The translations under genes and the position numbers were made by a program. DNA of 64,000 nucleotides from positions 119,385 to 183,384 of the forward strand of contig JBNKOC010000007.1 in the NCBI GenBank assembly GCA_050294405.1, written 5' to 3'. The stretch is from Fibrobacteria bacterium. GTDB taxonomy: Bacteria > Fibrobacterota > Fibrobacteria > UBA11236 > JADFYW01. How positions within the stretch are numbered: the first letter of the stretch is position 1; every line of letters starts with the position of its first letter. Below the pieces are notes generated by a model, which was given only the letters and a program-made list of their open reading frames with translations, had not been told where the DNA came from and did no database searches. Shown here piece by piece: positions 59,017-64,000 of the stretch.

Positions 59017-61047
59017 TTAGCCGGAGGATTTACCTGAAAATTGTTGAAATCTGAACACCACAAACTCTGCTGGTTTTAGCGGAGCTACGCCCACCACTGT
59101 GACCACCTGACCCGCATCTACGATTTCCGGCGGATTGGTACTGGCATCACACTGTACAAAAAAGGCTTCTTCTTCCTTAGTGCCCGCTAACTTTCCATCG
59201 CGCCATTGTATACGCAAAAACGCTGAGATATTTCTTCGAATACTGGCCCAAAGACTTACATCATTGGGTTCAAATACAACCCATTGGGTACCTCTTTCAA
59301 TGGACTGTTCCAGAAAGATAAATAAGCGCCTTACATTAACATACTTCCATTCTGGATCCGCACTCAGGGTTCGGGTGCCCCAAACCAAAATGCCTTCGGG
59401 AAATTTCCGAATAACATTGACTTTACTTTGATATAAAATATCATTCTCTCCCTTGGTCACAATACGCTCTATTCCCACGGCAGAGTCCAAATAACCTTCG
59501 TTTATACCCGCTGGGGCTTTGTGCACTCCTCTTTGGGTATCGGTGTAAGCATAAGTGCCCGCCACAGCTCCAGAAGGAGGTGCCAGAATTTTTTGACCAG
59601 TCAAAGGATCGTCCACCTGAATCCAGGGGTAATATAGAGCGGAAAAACTGGAAGAATAGCCTGGATAGCTTTCTATCGGGGTGGCGCTGCCACTGGGGAA
59701 ATCCATCACATAAAAAAGATCTTTTCGTCCATCACAAAACGCCACGCAACTCTGAGAAAGAATTTGCGATGCATTGGGCACTACCAAAATACTGGCGTCT
59801 TTAACATTGTCCAAACCGTGGAGCCCGGAGCCAACAATGCTGCTTCCAACAAAATCCACATCCGTTAGCCCGGTGAGCCCATCATTTCCACCGCCCAAAG
59901 CCGCGAATAGGGTATCGTTCATAACAAGGGCTGCCGGACCAGACATGGAAGTTGTTATATATAGTGAGTCCCCTTCTCCTAACCGATTTTCCACGAAATC
60001 AGAACCATTTGCAGCCCGTGTGGAAAGGTGGAAATGGCGTTCCACCTCGTTTGTGCCTTGGCGAACCGCCAAATCAAAATCCCTTGCATAGACTCTGGAA
60101 GTATTTCTGGCATAGTTGACTAGAATATCCTGAGCCGTATCTACAATCATCACCTTGCCAATTCCAGGAACTGTTCCATAATCAATTCGGGTAACCTCCA
60201 GCAAAACTTCATTGGTGTTAACAAAGTTGAGCACACTGCCCACCTTAAGAATTTCACCATCAACCCGCTCTAAATTTGTAAGGACAATTCCCGCTGTAGT
60301 TACGCCTTCACTTGCAACTACAGGTCCACCCGAGGATACGGTAGTGCGCAATTTATAATCAGGCGTAAAAACATCCATACCATTGGTGATATTGGGGTCT
60401 GCACCATAATATGCAGGCCCAGTACGCATGGGTTCAAAGGTAATTGTACTGGTAGCTAAATTGACGCTGCGCACAATACCGGTAATTTCCTGAACCAGAT
60501 GCAGCACACTGCCTACCCTAACATCCTGGTTATCCAACAGAGTCAATTGATTCATACCTGCGCCGCCGGTTATATCTTCCCCCAATAGAAGGGAAAACTT
60601 GCTGGCGCTTTCAACCTGAACTTCCAGGCCATCACCCCAGGTCCCTGGGTTGCTAGCCGAAACCGTCAACGCCGGAGAAACAGCTGTGCTCCCATCATCT
60701 TCCAGCCCGTCATAAGTTCCTGTTGAAGCTACCGCCGCAATAGTAATGGCATCATCAATAGCCCCGTAATGCACCACTCGAATAATAAAACACTTGGTTC
60801 CACCCTCCGAAAAATATTGGCGTACGGAATAATAAAGATAATGCTCCTGGGTTCCTGGAATAACAAGAATAGGGCCCCCGAAAATCTTTACAAACTCTGC
60901 GAAGCTGGTGACAAAAACAGGTTTAGCTACAGGACCCTTAGCGGTCACACCCACAAAAGCGGCAACTGAGGTGCTGACTCCTTCAATAGGTTTGTTTCCT
61001 GAAGAAACTTCTTCTACATAAACTCCAGGGGTTAAGTAGGATGGCAT
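59017..61047 (-). CDS. Tail sheath protein 1
   Basis: YLTPGVYVEE, YYPWI, RGVHKAPA, WGTRT, VNVRRLF, KPAEFV. Confidence 0.95.
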   Translation of the reverse strand: MPSYLTPGVYVEEVSSGNKPIEGVSTSVAAFVGVTAKGPVAKPVFVTSFAEFVKIFGGPILVIPGTQEHYLYYSVRQYFSEGGTKCFIIRVVHYGAIDDAITIAAVASTGTYDGLEDDGSTAVSPALTVSASNPGTWGDGLEVQVESASKFSLLLGEDITGGAGMNQLTLLDNQDVRVGSVLHLVQEITGIVRSVNLATSTITFEPMRTGPAYYGADPNITNGMDVFTPDYKLRTTVSSGGPVVASEGVTTAGIVLTNLERVDGEILKVGSVLNFVNTNEVLLEVTRIDYGTVPGIGKVMIVDTAQDILVNYARNTSRVYARDFDLAVRQGTNEVERHFHLSTRAANGSDFVENRLGEGDSLYITTSMSGPAALVMNDTLFAALGGGNDGLTGLTDVDFVGSSIVGSGLHGLDNVKDASILVVPNASQILSQSCVAFCDGRKDLFYVMDFPSGSATPIESYPGYSSSFSALYYPWIQVDDPLTGQKILAPPSGAVAGTYAYTDTQRGVHKAPAGINEGYLDSAVGIERIVTKGENDILYQSKVNVIRKFPEGILVWGTRTLSADPEWKYVNVRRLFIFLEQSIERGTQWVVFEPNDVSLWASIRRNISAFLRIQWRDGKLAGTKEEEAFFVQCDASTNPPEIVDAGQVVTVVGVAPLKPAEFVVFRFQQFSGKSSG

Positions 61048-61064
61048 AAATTCGTCCTTGTTAA

Positions 61065-61400
61065 TTATTTGGGTTTACTTGCCGTAGTTTTTTCCGCTGG
61101 CTTATTTTTTTCAGGATTGGGTTTAGCCTTGGATTTAACCTTTGTTTTTTTATTCTTCAGACCGATTTTACTTTTGTTTAAACCCGTCTGGTATTTCTGG
61201 TATGTTTTCATAGCTGTTTCAGTAACCAGTGACAGCTTCCCGCTTTTGACTAAAAGAGACACTTCCCGGGATGAAGCCTGGGATTCGCTAATTTCCACCA
61301 TAACTTGTGGTTTTAAAACCAGGCTCATTCCGGGCAGCCTTATGGCCTGGGATGACTTGGAGTTATTTCTCAAACATATTTTCTTACTTGTATTTGACAT
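61065..61400 (-). CDS. Small lysine-rich hypothetical protein
   Basis: 111-aa ORF in operon. Confidence 0.55.
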   Translation of the reverse strand: MSNTSKKICLRNNSKSSQAIRLPGMSLVLKPQVMVEISESQASSREVSLLVKSGKLSLVTETAMKTYQKYQTGLNKSKIGLKNKKTKVKSKAKPNPEKNKPAEKTTASKPK

Positions 61401-61418
61401 ATTATTGACCTGCTGTAA

Positions 61419-62333
61419 TTAAACGGGCGTAAGCAAAGCAGTGTGGTAGGTGTTATTTCCCACCGTGACTGGAATAGTTAGATTTTGTGTTATGTATTGA
61501 TTATGGACAATGCGAATGCGAATATTAGCTACAGGAAGGCCGCCTGGGAAGAAAATCAGGCTCTTTCCTTTTACATCAGTGTATTGCTCGCGATCATGAA
61601 CGGTACCTAAGATGTAAGGGTTAGGACTTCCTAAAGAAACCCGATAAAGAGTCAATCCGGCTATATTCTGAGCGCTAACCACATTTCCGTTTATACGCCG
61701 AATAGTAATTCGCGCATTTTCCACAGGCTCCTGCTGAGGCGTGTCTGCCTTTACAGATATGTATAGCATTGTCATGGATTCCCGGAACTGATAAACCCAA
61801 CTTGGATATAGGAGTATGTTGTTGCTTCGCCGAATTCGAAGTAAGTCTCCAATTGAAAGCCCAGCGACAGAATCCAAAGTGGCCATGGAAACCCCGCTGC
61901 CGCCAATTGATTCCGACAAGATTGCGGAAAAACCTCCTGGTCCCAGCACTTGGGCTCCCGAAGGAATTACTTGTAAAAAATCAATGCTGTCAAAATCAAT
62001 ACGATTAGTGGCTCCATCGATAAAATTCACGAAGAGATAAACTTCATCCTCTCCGGGATACTCCAATTCAACGGGAGTAGAACCGGGCAATAATTTTTCC
62101 ACACTACGCGATCTATAACCTTTACCTTGTATATAAAAAGAATAAGCTGTTGGAGAGACAGGAAAATCATAAAAAGAAAAATGACCGTCGATTTTATATT
62201 GAGTTTCTGAAAAAATCCAATTGGATTGAACCTCAAATGCTTTCATGGGAATAACATCCCTAGTTAGAGAATCCGCCAGGCGTCCATGAAAGGATAAAGT
62301 TGTGGTTTGAATATCAGAAACCGGCATCGCCAT
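61419..62333 (-). CDS. Hypothetical beta-rich protein, first gene of the eCIS operon (carboxypeptidase-regulatory-like folds)
   Basis: GRLADSLT, DGHFSF, PVENARITI, TDVKG patterns. Confidence 0.6.
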   Translation of the reverse strand: MAMPVSDIQTTTLSFHGRLADSLTRDVIPMKAFEVQSNWIFSETQYKIDGHFSFYDFPVSPTAYSFYIQGKGYRSRSVEKLLPGSTPVELEYPGEDEVYLFVNFIDGATNRIDFDSIDFLQVIPSGAQVLGPGGFSAILSESIGGSGVSMATLDSVAGLSIGDLLRIRRSNNILLYPSWVYQFRESMTMLYISVKADTPQQEPVENARITIRRINGNVVSAQNIAGLTLYRVSLGSPNPYILGTVHDREQYTDVKGKSLIFFPGGLPVANIRIRIVHNQYITQNLTIPVTVGNNTYHTALLTPV

Positions 62334-62340
62334 TGGCTAT

Positions 62341-62356
62341 TGCAACAAAAATGCCA
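62341..62356 (-). promoter_or_regulatory. Sigma54 -24/-12 promoter
   Basis: Minus strand TGGCATTTTTGTTGCA, i.e. GG-N10-GC. Confidence 0.8.
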
Positions 62357-62395
62357 AATGATTAATGCCCATTATTTTTAAATTCTAAGGAGGGT

Positions 62396-62464
62396 AGGAT
62401 AATTTTATCCTCCCCTAATTCTAAATATTAAAAAATCGGCCTTATAGCAGGATATTATTATCCT
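62396..62464. promoter_or_regulatory. Two AGGATA-N4-TATCCT palindromes (putative enhancers)
   Basis: 62396-62411 and 62449-62464, 53 bp apart. Confidence 0.7.
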
Positions 62465-62488
62465 ACTTTAATTTTACTCCAGGTTAGG

Positions 62489-63838
62489 TTATATGGAGGA
62501 TTCAATTTTATGTTTGCGCATGAGCTCCCAAAAGGCCCGGCGATTTTTGCCTGCCGTCCGAGCTGCTCGACTGATGTTTCCATTATGAATAGAAAGCAGC
62601 TTAATGATGTATTTACGCTCAAAACTCTTTACCACAAGTTCTTTTTCTTCTTTAAAAGATTTCAGAACAGCATTTTTAGCTTTGTTATTGGGTAGCTTCA
62701 GATGGCGTGGTTCAATTGGTCCTCCCTGGCTATAAACCAAGGCTCTTTCCGCCGCATTTTCGAGTTCACGAACGTTTCCGGGCCAATCGTATTCAAGTAA
62801 AATATTTAATGTGGAAAGTGAAATTAAGGGGTTCTCAGCTAAATGATGGGTTCGATGTTTATTGAGAAAAACTCTAAAGAGAAGATGAATGTCCTCCTGC
62901 CTTTTTCTAAGAGGTGGCAAAGAGAGTTTGAGTACATTTAGCCTATAGAATAAGTCTGCCCGAAATTTTTCATCTTCAGATAATTTTTCAAGATTTTGAT
63001 TGGTAGCCGAAATGATACGTACATCCGCTTTTACAGTTTTGGAAGATCCCAAGGGACGGAACTCTTTTTCTTGTATAAGACGCAATAATTTCGATTGAGC
63101 GACCAAGGGCAATGCATCAATTTCATCAAAAAATAACGTGCCTCCGTGGGCTTCTTGCACCAGCCCTTTTCTTTCAGATGATGCGCTGGTATATGCCTCT
63201 TTCTGATGCCCAAACAACTCATTTTCAATTAACTCTAATGGAATAGCCCCGCAGTTAATTGCGACGAAGGGCTTTTCCCATCGACTGCTTAGGTTGTGAA
63301 TGGATCGAGCACAAATCTCCTTGCCCGTACCAGTTTCACCTTCAATAATTACTGGAGCATGGCTGCTAGCCAAAAGGGGAATTTTTTCAATTTCCCTTCT
63401 AAAATCAAGATCTTGGCCAATGATTTTTTTAAGGGCAATTTTATCCTTCATTTGTGATGTGAAACCCTTGGGCACAAATCTGGTAAACTTTTCCACCTTA
63501 TGTTTCAGCTCCAGGGGTGAAAATGGATTCAACATAACTTCACAAGTATGGACTTGCAGCCATTCCTGATATTCCCGGGAGAGAGGCAAATGGCAAATGG
63601 CCAGACGAGGCGGCAGGTTGGGTTGTCTCGCAACTAGCTCAAAATGAGGTTTGCAAAATGATTCCCCGAATAAATCCAAAATTAAAAAGTATTGTTTCCA
63701 GGCATTTTCATGTAACCCGGAAACTTCTTCTACAAAAAGGTAATCTACATTAAATGGCGAACCTACAAGATTCGCTTCAATTAACCCTTTTGATTCCGAA
63801 GCTTTTTCTTCACTTAGCAGTACTAAGATTTTTTGCAA
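62489..63838 (-). CDS. Sigma54-dependent enhancer-binding protein (NtrC/Fis type)
   Basis: GETGTGKE, INCGAI, ELFGH, FFDEI, RIISATN, FRADLFYRL, WPGNVREL; C-terminal HTH. Confidence 0.92.
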   Translation of the reverse strand: MQKILVLLSEEKASESKGLIEANLVGSPFNVDYLFVEEVSGLHENAWKQYFLILDLFGESFCKPHFELVARQPNLPPRLAICHLPLSREYQEWLQVHTCEVMLNPFSPLELKHKVEKFTRFVPKGFTSQMKDKIALKKIIGQDLDFRREIEKIPLLASSHAPVIIEGETGTGKEICARSIHNLSSRWEKPFVAINCGAIPLELIENELFGHQKEAYTSASSERKGLVQEAHGGTLFFDEIDALPLVAQSKLLRLIQEKEFRPLGSSKTVKADVRIISATNQNLEKLSEDEKFRADLFYRLNVLKLSLPPLRKRQEDIHLLFRVFLNKHRTHHLAENPLISLSTLNILLEYDWPGNVRELENAAERALVYSQGGPIEPRHLKLPNNKAKNAVLKSFKEEKELVVKSFERKYIIKLLSIHNGNISRAARTAGKNRRAFWELMRKHKIESSI

Positions 63839-64000
63839 GGGTTTTCCTTGTTATCGTTAAACTTCGACTAATTTTTTCAAAACAGAGTCAGTTAAAATCT
63901 AATAACAAAAAAAGGGCTTCAATAAAAATTAATTTAAAAAACTTCTTTTGGTGAATTTCTATCAAATAACCATGTCAAAATGGTTGCAACCATTTTGACA

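Larger units (their letters stand above)
31268..62333 (-). other. Extracellular contractile injection system (eCIS) gene cluster
   Basis: Sheath, tube, baseplate, spike, DUF4255 and AAA ATPase genes, with no capsid/terminase or T6SS membrane complex. Confidence 0.92.

Noticed and set aside
31903..62333. Prophage or T6SS
   Set aside because: No capsid, portal, terminase or replication genes and no TssJLM/ClpV; DUF4255 plus an Afp15-type ATPase indicate eCIS.

Overview
The window has three parts. (1) About 1-26 kb is an integron-like accessory array. A minus-strand tyrosine recombinase (22390-23592) lacks the integron-specific I2 insertion. Immediately 3' of its stop codon is an attI-like site, followed by at least 9 co-oriented gene cassettes separated by ~135-bp attC-like hairpins. 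The two ends of each intact cassette are complementary to each other (GTTNNNNNN...NNNNNNAAC), the footprint expected from GTT-crossover cassette shuffling. Cargo includes a two-component pair, a PD-(D/E)XK nuclease, a four-gene glycosyltransferase/radical-SAM/kinase-methyltransferase operon and small housekeeping-type genes, and it decays with distance from the integrase. An internally deleted miniature copy of the platform lies at 25640-26080. (2) About 26-31 kb holds lipoproteins and a GH5 cellulase. (3) About 31.3-63.8 kb is a near-complete minus-strand extracellular contractile injection system (eCIS, Afp/PVC-like): 3 sheaths, 2 tubes, baseplate, AAA ATPase, fibre-like protein and a 1350-aa HNH-tipped putative effector. 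It sits behind a sigma54 promoter with two palindromic enhancers next to a sigma54-type activator gene, and its tail chaperone carries a likely -1 frameshift. All calls come from reading motifs by eye; no database searches were run.
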